From assembly GCA_010909165.1 (NCBI GenBank), contig MU008158.1:432581-496580 (forward strand): DNA of 64,000 nt. Direction: 5' to 3'. Source of the stretch: Anthoceros angustus. Its lineage: Eukaryota; Plantae; Anthocerotophyta. Positions 12,425 to 25,851 of this stretch are shown here, one piece after another. The notes beneath the pieces were generated by a model. That model saw only the letters and a list, made by a program, of their open reading frames with translations, made no database searches and was not told the DNA's origin. Positions within the stretch are counted from its first letter, which is position 1, and the number at the start of each line of letters is the position of its first letter. The position numbers were made by a program, and so were the translations under genes.

Positions 12425-14538
12425 TTAGGACGGGTAGGTGGTGGCGTAGTAGGGGAAAGCAGTAGCCGACAACCACTTCTTGGCACTCACGAACTTATTG
12501 GCCAGGAAGGGCGCAACCACCTTCTTGTCTGTGATCTGAACAGACCAGGAAACCCTCTTGGAGTTCCCTGCCCCCGGGCCCTTGCTCTTGAACTCGGCGT
12601 TGTAGGAAGTCTTGAGGTTCACGGTTCCGGACCAGGGCAGCCATCCGGTGGGATCGATGATGCTGTCCAAGTATGTGTCCACGTACACGGTTCTGGCATA
12701 CGCCTTCCACGGCCTGCCCAGGTAAGACCTGCAGGAGCAATGTTTGTTAGGTTTCATCCACCCAGCAAGATGCAGAACCTAAGAGCATAATCTAGGGCAG
12801 GCTGGCTTTGGCTTACTTGTAGTTGCCCAGCTGCTTCTGGTAGTCGGCATTGGGCTGCAGCTTGCAGTTCTGGATGACAATGCCGGTGTTCATGTCCGGG
12901 TCGGCCCTCCCCTGCGCAGTGAAGGTGTTCTGCTGACCCAGCAGCCCAGTCCCGGCCAGGATGGTGGAGGACTGGATGATGGCGGCCGCATTCCCGAACA
13001 TGAAATCCACAGTGCCCTCAATAATGACATTGCTGTAGAACTGACGCAGGCTGTGGCAGTAGAAAGTGTCCTGGAAGGCTGTCGCCTTGATCTGGTAGAA
13101 GGCACTGAGGTCAGCCGAGACCCGGAGGGCCACAGCCTGGTGGTTTACAGCTCCGGCCGTGTTCCTGACAGTGAACCCGGTGCCCACGAATCCATCACCA
13201 TTGACAGCTGCAACACGGGCAAGAGAATGTGAGAGGGTAAAACAAGGTGGCTTTCATCCACACACACTTCACATGGAGCTCGACTCACCGAGAGTGGCAG
13301 ACTTGAATGTGGTGGTGCCAGTGCCCTCCACGCTCTCCTTGGCAGTGAGGATGGTCTTGTCGATACCGTCACCCCTGAAGCCGATGTTCTTCTTGGACTT
13401 GCCCAAGACCACCTGCCCTGTGTAGGTGCCGCCCTTGATGTAGATCACCCACAGAGTCTTGCCGTTCTCAGGCGCAGCGTCCACGGCGTCCTGGATGCTC
13501 GTGTACTTCCCTGACCCATCGGCGGCCACAACCGCGTCGGGGGCCTTGGTGGTGACCTGCAGCAACCGCCTGGCAATCCCGTGCCTGGAAACCCAGCTGT
13601 TGTCCCCGGATGTGGCCTCCTGGAAATCATACCACGCCCCCTGGCTCCCGCCAACACTGCTCTCCTCGTCCGCAGACAGCAGCTTCCGCAGGTGCAGCGA
13701 AGGCAGCTGGGCCGGCAGGGAGGGCAGGCTGGAGGCGTAGTTGGTGATGTAGCTCGCCAGGTGGACGAGAATGGAGTAGAGCTGCTTCAGGCTCTCCCCG
13801 TTCTGGCTCACGGGGTCCGTGGGCGGGTTGGCGATCTCCGTTGTGTTCCCGAAGTAGCCCGGATTCACAGCCGCGATGATCTCCTCCAAGCAGGTGTCGT
13901 GGAAGGTAGCCGACGCGTCCAGCCAGGCGTGCACGTCATCCAGCTGATCCTCCACCGTCAACAGGCTCAGCGACGTGAGCTGCTCCACCGACCTCTGCAG
14001 CTGCTCCAGCGCCGTCTCCAGCGTCTGCACCCACAAACACAAACAAGCAAAGCCCACAAAAACCCACAACCCCGTCAGCCCCGCATTCCCTCACAGAGCA
14101 AACCCACCAGGCAAAACCGCAAAGCCAACCCGAAAGCCCGAAGCCCACCTCGAAGCAGACGGAGAGCGCGCCGGACAGCTGCGGGTTGGTCGCATTCAGC
14201 GCGTAGGCGTCGTTGAGGCTCTGGTTCACGGCCGCCTCCACGGCCTGGATGAGGTAGATGGCGAGCTCCTTGGGGTTGCTGGAGCTGGCGTTGGGGGCCG
14301 AGCTGAGCGTGGTGGAGCACTGGTCGGGGTACAGGCTCCCGCTGCAGATGCTGGAGATGGCCTTGGACCCGAGCGGGACCTGGTCATCATGGCTCTTCCC
14401 GCGGGTGGCCACCACGGACACCACCACGATCACCACCAGCAGCACCAGCGCGACGGGCACTCCGATCAGGCACACCTTCCGCCTCTTCCCGGACCTGTCA
14501 TTCGGGTACGCCGAGTTCAGCTGCCCGTAAGGCTTCAT
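12425..14538 (-). CDS. PME: Pectin methylesterase with N-terminal TM anchor and PMEI pro-domain (copy 1); exons 14538-14149, 14024-13289, 13207-12817, 12728-12425
   Basis: TM segment (CLIGVPVALVLLVVIVVVSVVA), PMEI cysteines (ICSGSLYPDQC, CFE, DTCLE) and processing motifs RKLL/RRLL. Catalytic-region motifs: DGSGKYTSIQDAV, QAVALRV, QDTFY, GTVDFMFG, TFTAQGR, YLGRPWK, GWLPW. GT-AG junctions keep frame. Confidence 0.96.
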
Positions 14539-16530
14539 GGCTCCCGGCTCCTGCTCCCCAATGCGCTATGCGGATCTGATGCTCGCAGGCAGACAGAAGA
14601 CGGCTCCTCCTGATACACCCCGCGGACGTGCGGGCGGATGGCGGAAGAAAAAAAAGGCGCGGGAAGGCCCGGCTGGGCTGCAGAGGATGCCGCTCCCGGA
14701 GAGCGCACCGGCTGCAGGAGGGGCGGGGATGTGACTGTGACGAAGGCTGGGCCCGAGGCAGTTTTATGTCGGGAGGGGCGACGGAACGCGAGACGCGATG
14801 GCGAGGCTGGCACGCCCCAAAATTACAGCCTTCGCGGCAGTCGCCGAGCCCGATCCGGGTCGCATGCTGTTGCCCAGGCCCCAGCCCCAGGCCCCAGCCC
14901 CAGGCCCCAGTCCCAGGCCCCCGGCCCGGCGTCGTGCCGTGTAAAATAAGCTGCGAAATCCGCGTGGCGTGCCACATGCGGCGAATCCCGGTTTCGCCAC
15001 TGCCAGCCGGGGTACAGTGTTACACTTACCCACCCTCCTGCATCCCCTTCCGCGCTGCCTCCGTTTGACTCGCCGCCGCACCTTCCCTTCCCCGAGACAG
15101 CGCTGCGACGGGGTCCGCCCATGGGACCACGTCATTGACCCGACCCCCGCCCCTTGCCCTATTTTTCTCCTCCTTCAACCTGTCCAACGGCGTGGGCTGG
15201 GCATTAAACGGGCAGCCCAATCACGGGCTCCGCCTCTCCACCAGGCGCCAGGGGAGGGAGGGTTGCAACGGAAGCGATGCTCCACGGAGTGGGTCCCGCC
15301 ACCCCCCAGGATCTCTCTCGCCATGTATGTACATATGATGCATCTGGCCATGCCCGCATCCTGTGCGACGCAACCTCCCGCTTCCATCCACGCAACCGTG
15401 CGCAGTCTCGTGCGCGGCTGCCCCCAGGGGGTTTCTCGTTGCCTACACCATAACGCTCAAATGTACCTTACGCTGGAACTGGTCGTTGCTAGCTTAGTTG
15501 GATTCCAAGTCTCATGCGTCTTCTTGGCTTGACCGTTCATGGCCCTCAACTTGCCCTTAGGTAGTCGCCCCTCCTTGAAGGGCATGCTAGGCTCCTAGGT
15601 GTGAGTCATTTTGCGCAAGACTACCATTTGTTAAAGTACCATTTCTCAAAGTAAAGTAAAGTGTTCATAGTTTAGTGGTACCCCTTTCCGTTGCTACAAA
15701 CCGAAGCCTCCGAAGGTCTCGCGAGCTCAATTCCCAGTGGGGCACTTACCGGACGTTACAAGTTATCCATCCTTTTCCAGTCTTGATATTCACGTTAAAG
15801 TGGGAAAAAGGGAACCACTGAGCCCACACACGATATTCCGCGCGGTCGCTCCAGAGGAAGGGAAACCGTGCGGGCATGGACATGGAATGCTGGTATGTAC
15901 CCAAGGGGTGGCGGGACCCTCCGTTTAGCATCGCTTCGGTTGCAAGTCTTTCGTGGGTGTCCGGCTCCGCTTCCGCTCCCGCTCCCGCGCCTGCTGCTGC
16001 GTGGGTCCCTGTCACGGCCCTCCACGACGCTTCAGAGCAGGGGATTGGCGAAGTGGGGAAGAGGACTTCTTCACCTGGACTCCTGCTCCCTTTGCGCTGC
16101 TCACGTCCTCTCTCATCCAACTCCCGCGCGCCAGCAGGGCCACCGGCCAACTGTCATGGCATGCACGCTGTCTGGGGGGACGGACAAGGGCTGCTTTGCG
16201 CTTTGCTGCTGGACTGACTAGACGCCATAGCCGCCTCGATGTAGCTGGCACAAACACATGGGTACTGGTGAAATCAGGCGACAGGCAATGCGATGGTGGC
16301 GCACTCCTTCATCGCAACAACGACGAGCCCGGGCACCATCCATCCATCTGGGTTGCCGTGCAGTGGTACAGCCGCTGTCCAGCAGGGCATGGGTGTACAC
16401 ACCCAGTGCGGTTATCACACCTAGTGTACATACATACATACATACATACAGTGAAAGCACATGCTCAAGTACAGCTATCCTGGCCAGCTGTAAGGGTGGA
16501 ATGTACATACACGCACATAGGGCCGCTGGT

Positions 16531-18045
16531 CTACTCCAGAAACCTCTCGCTGAACTTTTTGTCCGATACACGGCATGTATCGCTCTTGCCGAACAGGCTG
16601 TACCTGTTCTGCGCCACCGTGTTGTACAGGGAATCACGTATGCCCCTGGCGGAAAGACAATGAGCCCCACAATCAGCATAACAGCTGTCCAGGACTGTGC
16701 AGGACTTTGACAGGAGCTGGATGATGATCAGGAGAGAGCTTACAGAGGTGCCGATGTTGCCAAGTCTGCGAGGGGCAGCTTCAACACTTTTCCCACCTGA
16801 AGAATACACTCCGATTTCTCATATGATCTGCACACGGGCGAATCCGGACACGATAGGAGGCACGTTTCTTTTTTCTTCGGTTTCCTGCACTGATGAGGGC
16901 TGAGCAGGACAGGGAGTCTCTCTTACTTGTCCTTGAAGACAACCACGACGCTTTCCAAGTAATCAGCAGGACGCCCCGATCTTACAAGCAATGCCTTCCC
17001 TGCATCGCTTTGGAGCGCTGCAAACCGGAACAGACTGCACGTTCCAGAAGACATGCGGTGCAGCAGTTGTGTTAGACTTGCGGAGAGACAACCTACCCGA
17101 GATTCGATGTTGAAAACTTGGGAGCAACTACTGCAGGAACATGAAGCCTCATCAAGTGGGGAGATTACTATACCCTTCCGGATCCTTGTCGAGCACAAAG
17201 TTGACGGTTCCATTGCACATGTTGCAAACCCCTGCACGAAAATTTTGAAACCACACGTTTACCACAATGCTAGAATACTCCTGGAGGCAAAAAACCACAA
17301 ATCTGGTCACAGTTTTCGCCACTGCGTGGCTCCAACAACCCCAAGCTTCAGCCAGCGAGGAGATAACATACCCTTACATGTTTCATCATTTACGGTACAT
17401 GGAGCAGTAAACTGGCAAGTCTACAACCCTAGGGCGCAATCCCCAAACTGAAAGCACAACACTCAACTGCTTCACATAGACAGCAAAACATTGAACCAAG
17501 AACAACACTTGGCTTCCACAGTTAACTGACACCGGACACTCCACTCAACAGACAAGCAACAACAGCATTAGAGAGACAGTTTTGTCACACTCCGAGCTGC
17601 AAGGCAGACATTTGTCAAGAATCAAGCAACTCCAGAAAGCTCGTGGCACAATCCAAGCTGCAAAAGCAGATAACTGTCAAGAAGCCAAGGATTTGTCTAA
17701 GCTTGCATACGCTAAAAATTCACGAAGAAACTCACCATCATACAATATCACGGGCCTCGAATCATTCGCAAAGTAGGCATCCCCCTTCTCCCGCAATTGC
17801 TGCTCCCATGACACTTGCGGAACCGCACCTGTGGAGCTTGCCCTAACCTCCGCGATGCTTCTAACTGGAAAGACTCGCTTCACAGAAGCGCTCAAGGGCG
17901 GGTAAAGAATGCTCGGACTCCCTCCCCGCTTCACCAAAAGGTTTGAACATGCAACTTCACGAGCAAAAACTCGGGGGCAACATCCAACAAGTACAGACTG
18001 CTTGCACGACAGAGGTGCAAACTGAGCCATAGTCCCAGACATCAT
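16531..18045 (-). CDS. Plastid-targeted DCC-family (DUF393, DxxCxxC) thiol-disulfide oxidoreductase-like protein, 5 exons
   Basis: A transit-peptide-like N-terminus is followed by DSRPVILYDG|VCNMCNGTVNFVLDKDPEG|LFRFAALQSDAGKALL..|SYEKSECILQVGKVLKLPLADLATSAP|LGIRDSLYNTVAQNRYSLFGKSDTCRVSDKKFSERFLE*. The start could be ATG 18045, 18042 or 18030. Confidence 0.9.
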
Positions 18046-18543
18046 CACCGGAGCACACCTCGGATGCCTGCCCAATTTCCACAAGCACAGCACCACTGCA
18101 ACGGGAAACAATTTCTGTACCAAGCCTCTTGCACCTGGCAATTCCAACGGGAAGTCTGTAGCCGGGAAAGAGTGCAAACCTGGAGATTCTGCAGACTCGA
18201 AGCTCGTCCACATGTTGCCATCTTTGCATCGAGCTTTCATTTGCGGTCACACAAAACCGGACCCATGTCCTAATCAGTGTCTTAAGCCTGACATCCTCCA
18301 AGTCATGTTGAAGTGGATAGGCAGCGGGATCCTTGAATTATGGTTCCCCTTCTGGGTAATGACTATAAAATCGATATCTCGATATCTCAGTACGTAGGTT
18401 AATTAAGTATTTCCTTTGAATGTATTTATGTCGACCTGTCTATCTATATATATGTACTTGTATGTCTCCCGATTCCCAAGTAGTGAGACTCTAGGGCACG
18501 GTATTTATATCTGCCGCCTTGTCTTCTGGTGCGAGTGTTGAGA

Positions 18544-19510
18544 ATGGCTGCGGCATCAGTACGTCAGGACCGGGACGAGGAGGAATCGGGGGATGAAGCT
18601 ACTGGAAAGAGCGACGAGGAGAGGCTGGAAGTCGAAGGAGGCTATGAGGAAGAAGAGGGTGGGGATGAAGATGAGCTCCCCAAGAAGGGGAGCACGGACG
18701 GCGATGCAAACGGCCAGAAGGCGGCCGGGAGAAAAGTCATGAAGAAGAGGAAGACCCTGAAGGCGGAGAGGGATAGGGTTGACGGAAAAAGGGGAGTGTG
18801 CTATCTCAGTCGGATTCCCCCGCACTTGAAGCCTCTGAAGTTGCGGCACATTCTGTCGAAGTACGGGGAGGTGCTCAGAATCTACTTGGCGCCTGAGGAT
18901 CCCGCGATCAGGCATCGGCGGAAGAAGGCGGGAGGGAACAGTGGGAAGAATTTTACCGAGGGATGGGTGGAGTTTGCGAAGAAGAGCGTTGCTAAGAGGT
19001 TAGCAAGATGCACGGTGTGGTGTGGTGGCGCGTGTTGGGTGAAATGGGAACTGAGAGGCTGTTTGGGATGTGTGTAGGGTTGCTGCTATGCTGAATGCCG
19101 AGCCTATGGGTGGGGGGAAGCGGTCGGCGTACTACTATGATCTGTGGAACATTAGGTATTTGCGGAAGTTTAAGTGGGACCATTTGACGGAGGAGATTGC
19201 GTATAGGAACGCCGTGCATGAGCAGAGGATGGAGGTTGAGCTCTCCGCTGCCAAGAGACAGCGTGACTTCTACCTGTCTAGGGTGGACAAGTCCCGTGCA
19301 ATTGAGTCTATGGAGGAGAGGAAACGAAAGAGGCAGGAGGAAGAAGGGGGAGAGAAGAAAGCGGATGCAGGTGAGGACCGGAGGCCGGTTTCACGCGTTG
19401 TCAGGCACTTTCCACAGAGAAAGTCTGTAGCCGGAGAGAATGAGGACAAGAAGCGCCGTGTTGCGCCAGACGTTCTGGCAGCTGTGTTCGGTGCACCAAG
19501 AGCAGCTTGA
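18544..19510 (+). CDS. ESF2: Pre-rRNA-processing protein ESF2 / activator of basal transcription ABT1; intron 18999-19077
   Basis: Acidic N-terminus, then GVCYLSRIPPHLKPLKLRHILSKYGEVLRIYLAPED, FTEGWVEF, AKR|VAAMLNAEPMGGGKRSAYYYDLWNIRYLRKFKWDHLTEEIAY. This is the ESF2/ABT1 RRM signature. Confidence 0.95.
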
Positions 19511-20280
19511 ACTGGCAGTGAAGAGCGTGGATGAAGAGGAGAAGTGTCGACCTATCAGACTTTCTAAATCAGTGGGAAGAATGCTTGGTGAGGATGAGAA
19601 AGTTTCAGGCTTTCTCAAAACTGCAACGATGGAACACTTTGGTGCATCAGTATGTGCTCAAATTGCCACATTTGCCCGGGCACGAGCTCTAATAGTTCGC
19701 AGAAGTGCCTCCATCCAGGTACAGTGATCTGTCCCACTACTGCAGGCTGCCTCAAAATGATGGGGGGTTGTTCTGCCAGCTTCGTGATGACAGCTTGGTG
19801 GTAGTCAGGCCTCTCGTCTGACCTGAAGTTGGTGTAATGGAATTGCAGGTAACACTCGTGGGCACGCCTGGTGCGTGGTGGGATTTGTGCCTAACAGCAT
19901 TTACCTGAAATGACCATTTACGTACGAGTCAGATCGTGCTGGTACTTTGTTTTTTGTTTGACTGGACTGTGGCGTGATATGGGGGATTTGAGTTGTCCTC
20001 CTAGGTCTGGAGCTAAGACTCTATATTCTCTAGTCTCTCCAACAATTGGAGGTCTACAATTTGAAGACTTTAAGTCAAATAATTAACAAGAAATTGATTC
20101 CATCAAGCATTTCCTAGTCCTTGAAATTTGCTTTGCCTTTACAGTACCGGTACACTGAATCTAAAGTTCCCACTCACCGAGTACATACTCAGTAACCACT
20201 CACCGAGGACGTGGTTACAACTGGCCAACCACTCACCCTTTCAGTGCGCCACAAACATCTGTGAACTCACTTTTCACAAT

Positions 20281-20745
20281 TCATGCAGCCCCACTGTCTC
20301 GTGCACTTGCCACGGCCAGAAACACCACACTTGCAATCACCGGGCTCCAAATTAGGAGTAGGGCCAGGCTGAAGTTGGGAGTGGTGGCATCCGGAAACAG
20401 CACGCTCCCGTATTTGATGAGCGCAGCCCCAGCCAAGGATGCCGCACCGAACTTGAGTAGGTAGAAGAGATCTTCCTGCCAGAAAAGAAGAGCATTCTCT
20501 CGTTCAGGAGACATGCATCAGAGACGGCTGTCACAAAGGCAGAAAGCTCATGTGCAGTCACTCACCTGAGAGGAAGGGCTCTCAGAAGCCGCCCGGATGC
20601 ACAATGCAGGACAGGCAGTAGGTCCCCGACCACCGGCCCTCGCCCTTGCCTTGATCGGCAACGGCCGCCCTCGCAAGCCAGAAGCAGGAACAGCAGGCAG
20701 CCAGGACGCAGTTGCGCAAATGCAAGCGTGTGAAACGCGGGCCAT
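20281..20745 (-). CDS. Small plastid-targeted two-TM protein of unknown function (resembles Arabidopsis At3g15900); exons 20745-20566, 20475-20281
   Basis: Transit-peptide-like MARVSHACICATASWLPAVP...IRAASESPSSQ is spliced (GT-AG) to EDLFYLLKFGAASLAGAALIKYGSVLFPDATTPNFSLALLLIWSPVIASVVFLAVAS. Confidence 0.8.
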
Positions 20746-21703
20746 CTTCACGGAATAGGGCCTGGGCAACAGGGCCGTGGAGAGAGAGAGCTGTGGAGAT
20801 GTTAACGGATGAGGAATGAAAAGTTAAGAAGTAAACTTGTGATCCTAGTCTAGATTTGCAAACGCTCGCCATGATGTGGAGCGCGCTGATGAACAACTGT
20901 TACAGTAAGCCCGAGCGGCAGGCTGCTTTCATCACATCACACAAGTTGAAGTAGTGTAAATTTGAAGGCCTTGAATGCACAACGTCTCGTACGCCATCAC
21001 ATTGTCTGATCACACAAACACACACAAGGTGGAGGAAGGTGGAGCCTGGTGGAGGGCGGCCTGATCCTGCTTCTTGCTGGCAAATGGCGCCACTTGCCGC
21101 GTCTGTGATCCGGACGAGCGCGGCCACCTCATCCGCCTCGGTCTCACAAACCCGGCATCTTGAGAAAATGCATTCATCTCTTTCCCACAAAGCGCGGGGC
21201 AGAAATCAACACACACCGGCCCCAAGCGGGATTCACGCCGCTGCGCATGACCAAGCTCCATGATGAGCATATTTCCCTCGCCACCTCCATCACTGGCCCG
21301 CACTGCGGCAGTGCGTTACCTTGATACCAGCGATGATTAGGTGCCGCGGCCCGTGCAGAACAGCCTGCTTAAAAAACTGTCTTGGCGGACGCTAGAGCTA
21401 ACTCTCCCTCGGGAACCCAACCGCGGCCCTTGCGATGCTTCTCACAAACACGGCAACACAGCGAGTTGCTCCCCACAACTTCCACACAAAGTCACAGACT
21501 GCCCGGCATCCATGGTCGTCGCCTCTGTCTACAGCTCTGCAGCCCCGTCTTCCTCCTCCAACAATTGGGCACCTGCTGTGCACTGTGAATCGTGCACCAG
21601 CCATATAGCCGCCTCCTGGACCTCAACTCCACTCGAGTTCTCAGGCTGAGCACGTCGAACGATCCATTACACGACACCGTCGCCCGGCCATCCCCAGCCC
21701 GGC

Positions 21704-22796
21704 ATGGCCTCCTCCGCCGCCTCCACACTGGCCCTCCTGGCGCTGCTGCTGGCCGCCGCCATCGCAGGCTCGGACGCCGGCGGATACGGGTCCACCCACC
21801 GCCGCAAGAAGCATCACCACTGGCACAAGAAGCATCACCACTGGCACAAGAAGGACCGGCCCCGTAAGCCCACCTTCACCCCCCGCTGCCCGTCGATTTC
21901 CCTGCAATGCATGTGCATGGCGTCCATATGTGTTCCGGATCCCCTGCCATCTCCTCTGTACACGACGGAGAGACAAGATCCCTGTCTAACCAGATTTTTC
22001 GTCTTCAGCGGCCTGCGGCTACGGCTCGGTGTGCCAGGACCCGGTGATGAGGACCCAGTCGGGGGAGCAGTTCTACTTCCACGGCCACAAGGACGCGGAC
22101 TTCTGCCTGGTGTCGGACTCCAGCCTGCACATCAACGCGCACTTCATCGGGCGGAGGCGGGAGGGAGTCGGGAGGGACTTCACGTGGGTGCAGGCGATCG
22201 GGGTGGTGCTGCCGGGCCACACGGCCTCGGTGTCTGTGAACAAGGTGGCGGTCTGGGATCCGGCGCACGACCAGCTCGCCTTCGCAGTCGACTCCGTCCC
22301 CGTCGTGCTCCCGCCGGGGGAGGGCGCGGAGGTGACAGTCGCGGGGATCACCGTCTCCCGCATCGCGCCGGCCAACGCCGTGACGCTGCAGGTGGACGGG
22401 CATTTCCGGCTCACGCTCTACGCGAAGCCCGTGTCGGAGGAGGAGGATGCCAAGGCCCGGTACGGGGTGGAGTTCGGGAAGGACTGCATGGCGCATCTGG
22501 ATGTGAGCTTCGAGTTCGCCGCGCTCACCACGCGCGTGGACGGCGTGCTGGGCCAGACCTACTCCCCGGGCTTCCAGATGCTGCAGAAGAAGCCCGGCCA
22601 GCTCATTCCCACCATGGGCGGCGACGGAAGGTTCGCCTCCTCCGGCCTCCTCGTGCCCGACTGCAGCGTCTCCAGGTTCACCACTGCTGATGCTTCTGCT
22701 GGTGCTGGTGTTGGTGTTGGGGACGTTCTCGGCGACATTCTGCCTGTCACCTGTGGCTCGACCGAGGCCGGGTCGGGGATCTTGTGCCGCCGTTGA
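21704..22796 (+). CDS. Secreted Root_cap / LEA-related protein with His-rich N-terminus; intron 21864-22008
   Basis: Signal peptide MASSAASTLALLALLLAAAIAGSDA, then HRRKKHHHWHKKHHHWHKK. Exon 2 has CGYGSVCQDP, FYFHGHKDADFCLVSDSSLHINAHFIG, RDFTWVQAIG, DCMAHLDVSFEF, VDGVLGQTY, MGGDGRFASSGLLVPDCSVSRF and a C-terminal GILCRR. These are Root_cap family motifs. Confidence 0.93.
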
Positions 22797-23725
22797 ATGC
22801 TCAGGATGGAGTCAGTTCACAGTGTAGGATGGGCTTACTTAAGGAGCCTTAGATTCCGATGTTGTGCCTTGTCGGAAACAACGTGTGCAGGACCCCAATG
22901 CAGCGTAAGCTGCTTCCGTTCTCCAGATCGCCGCTCATTCAACAGCTGACAGAAGCTACATGGGTAGCTAATATACCTTACATAGTTTTGCTTCTTCTGC
23001 TTACCAAGCCAATTGCAGGTGTGGGGAAGCATTGGCGTACATAAACTGTTGTGCAGACCTGGAATTGTTTTCGTGTATACAAGGAAGGAGAATGTCAGCC
23101 GGGAATTTTCTGTTCCCACCTAGCTTGCAAGTGTCGGATGCCTTTGTCGTAGACCTACACTGTTGCGCAGACCCGAAATTGTTTTCCTTCTAAACAAGGA
23201 AGAATCTGGTTAACAGCCAGACTTCTCTTCAAAACTTGTGCTTAGTAAGCACAGGTAGACGACAAGGCTTCCCACATTTGGCTGCCAATCGTCCAGCCAA
23301 GTGTAGGAAAGCTTCAACTCGTATACCGAAAATTGGCCTTCTTTGGCACAAGGTGGTCTCTTCTCTACAAAAAAAAACCTTCCTGCTGTACCAGCTCTTC
23401 CAGACTTTGCGCAATTGTTGCGTCTAGTTGATTTACGATTCAACAGGTCACTGATGAGGAGGGAATGTCAGAACGACTTTTCCAATTTCCAAGAAACTTG
23501 TTTCTAGTGGGAAGGGACAACCTTCACTCACAGATTTCCAAAACCGGGAGAGCCAGAATGTCAACTGCACACAGTATTCCGTTGTGCCAGCTTCCACATG
23601 ACATACAATTTTGGGGGCTCTCATCTCTAATCAAGACCTTGAAAGAATCAGAATCTACGGGAGCGAAGTATCGTCAATAAATCACTAATTGGTCCCCTTT
23701 AGAGAGGGGACTCGCTACAACTGCG

Positions 23726-25851
23726 TCAAGAATTCAGCTGTGGATAGAAGGTGACAGTTGTGGATGGCAGCCATGTGGAACCCTGAATGAAATCGTTCAG
23801 GAGGAAACCTTGGACCTGATCTGGTGTGTAGAACTGATGGACTCCTGGCCATTTCACTCTGTCGGTTATCCCACCTCCTGGCCCCTTGCTGTTGTACTCC
23901 ACGTAGTATAGGGTGTCCAGAAACAAGTCTCCATTCCAAGGTAGCCATCCTGCGGGCTGGATGACTTTGTCCAAGGTGCTGTCCAGGAGGATAGTTCTTG
24001 AAAAGTTTTTCCATGGCCTGCCCAGATACGTCCTGCAACGGGGAACAGCGATCCATTAGGGAGGCTTTCACAAAGTCTAAAACCAGCTTCGACTTCCACA
24101 AGCAGCTGACAAGTTCTCGGTAGCTCACAGGTAGGCGCTAGTGTTGGCCGAGTATGCTGGTGATGGTTGAAAGTCGCAATCTTGGAACACCAGGCCTGTA
24201 TTCTGGTTAGGGTCTGTTCTACCCTGAGCAGTGAAAATGTTTTGCTGAACAAGCAGCCCAGTGTCGGCAATGAGGGTGCAGTTTTGGAAGAAAGCTGCTC
24301 CGTTCCCAAATATGAAGTCCACAGTGCCCTGGATAATACACTGGCTGTAGAACTGTCGGTAACTGTGTGCATACAAGGTGTCTTGGTACCCGACGGCTTT
24401 CACCTGGAACAGGGCCGATTGGTCAGCTGAAACCCTAATGGCGACAGCTTGATGGTTCGCTGCTCCTGCCGTGTTCTGGACGGTGAATCCAATTCCAATA
24501 AACCCGGCACCACTCACGGCTGTAACACACAACAGAAGAGTTGTCACTAAAACCCTTATCTTCAGAACATCACGAATGCATTATCATGGCCAAACCGAAG
24601 CCCTCACCGAAAGTTGCTGAGCGGAAGGTCGTCGTCCCTCCAAAAACACTCTTGTTGTCTGTGAGGACTGTTTTGTCGATCCCAGCTCCGACGAACGCAA
24701 GATTTGTCTGATTCTTAGAAATCTTGACTTGCCCCTCAAACGTACCTTCCGCGATCTGAATGATGTAAAGAGTGTCGCTATGATCTGGAGCAGCGTCTAC
24801 AGCATCTTGGATGCTTTGACCAGCTCCCACAGTAGCATCAGGAGTCCTGCTCGAAATCTCGTCGAGAAAGCGGCGCAGGCGCACTTCCCTGTCAGCCCAT
24901 TCTGGGAGCGCATCGTGGTGCCCCAAGCCAAAGCCTTGAGGAGAGTATGAATCTGTCGACAACAGCTTTCTCAATCCTAGTCCACTGAGACTGGGAAGTT
25001 TAGAGCTGTATGATTTGAGATAATTGGCCAAGTAGAGGACGATGGAGTACATCTGTCTCACATGATCACCACCTGTTGTCACTGGATCATTAGGCTGGAG
25101 AGGGTACTGCGCATCCGCAGAGAACAACGGATAACTCGAAGGACTGGTTGCTGGATAGTTGGGGTAGTTGTAAGCTATCAGCAACTCTTCAAGGCAAGTG
25201 TCGTGATAGGTTGTTGATGCCGACAGCCATGTTTGGAGGTTGTTCAGTCCCTGCTTCAAAGTATTGAGATTGTGCAAGCCGTTGAGCTCCGTAATAGATA
25301 CAGTCAGTTGATTCCACGCTTCGTCCAGCAACTGCACAAACGCAGATGAGCAGGTTCTCTCAAAATATGCCCTAAAGATAGCCGCAATCCCAGCAATGGT
25401 GCAGACCAGGGCAGAAACACACGAAATACAGCACACTTACTTCACCGCAGGTTGTCAAGACCTCAGTCCTGTTCGGATTGCTGTCGGCTTGTCTGATGAG
25501 CAAATTCACCTCCGATGTAGATTGGTTGAGAGCGGTCTGCAACGTCTGGATCAGGTATGCGAGGAAATCCTTAGGCTTCGCAGTGGAGTGGTTCGGATCA
25601 CCCTGCAAAATGGTGGTACATGTGTCGGGGTACATTGTCCCGCTGCAGATAGACTTGATAAGCAACGAGCCGGCGGGAACGTCCTGGCCGTGATGATGCT
25701 TGCGACTCGCCACCACCCCCACCGCGATGATCAGGATGAGCACAACCACGGCCACCGGAACTCCAAACAAGCACCATTTCCCTTTGCTGGACCGCCTGGC
25801 GCCAGTGTACTCGGACGGGTAGGCCGGATTGCGGTTCCCTGGAGACTTCAT
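23726..25851 (-). CDS. PME: Pectin methylesterase with TM anchor and PMEI pro-domain (copy 2); exons 25851-25441, 25331-24608, 24519-24129, 24032-23726
   Basis: Same four-exon layout as copy 1. Motifs: CLFGVPVAVVVLILII, ICSGTMYPDTC, RKLL/RRFL, QAVAIRV, YQDTLY, GTVDFIFGN, FTAQGR, YLGRPW, GWLPW, YYVEYNSKGPG. Confidence 0.96.

Noticed and set aside
15460-15760. Solo LTR ending in ...CGTTACA
   Set aside because: No matching TGTAAC start or TSD was found.
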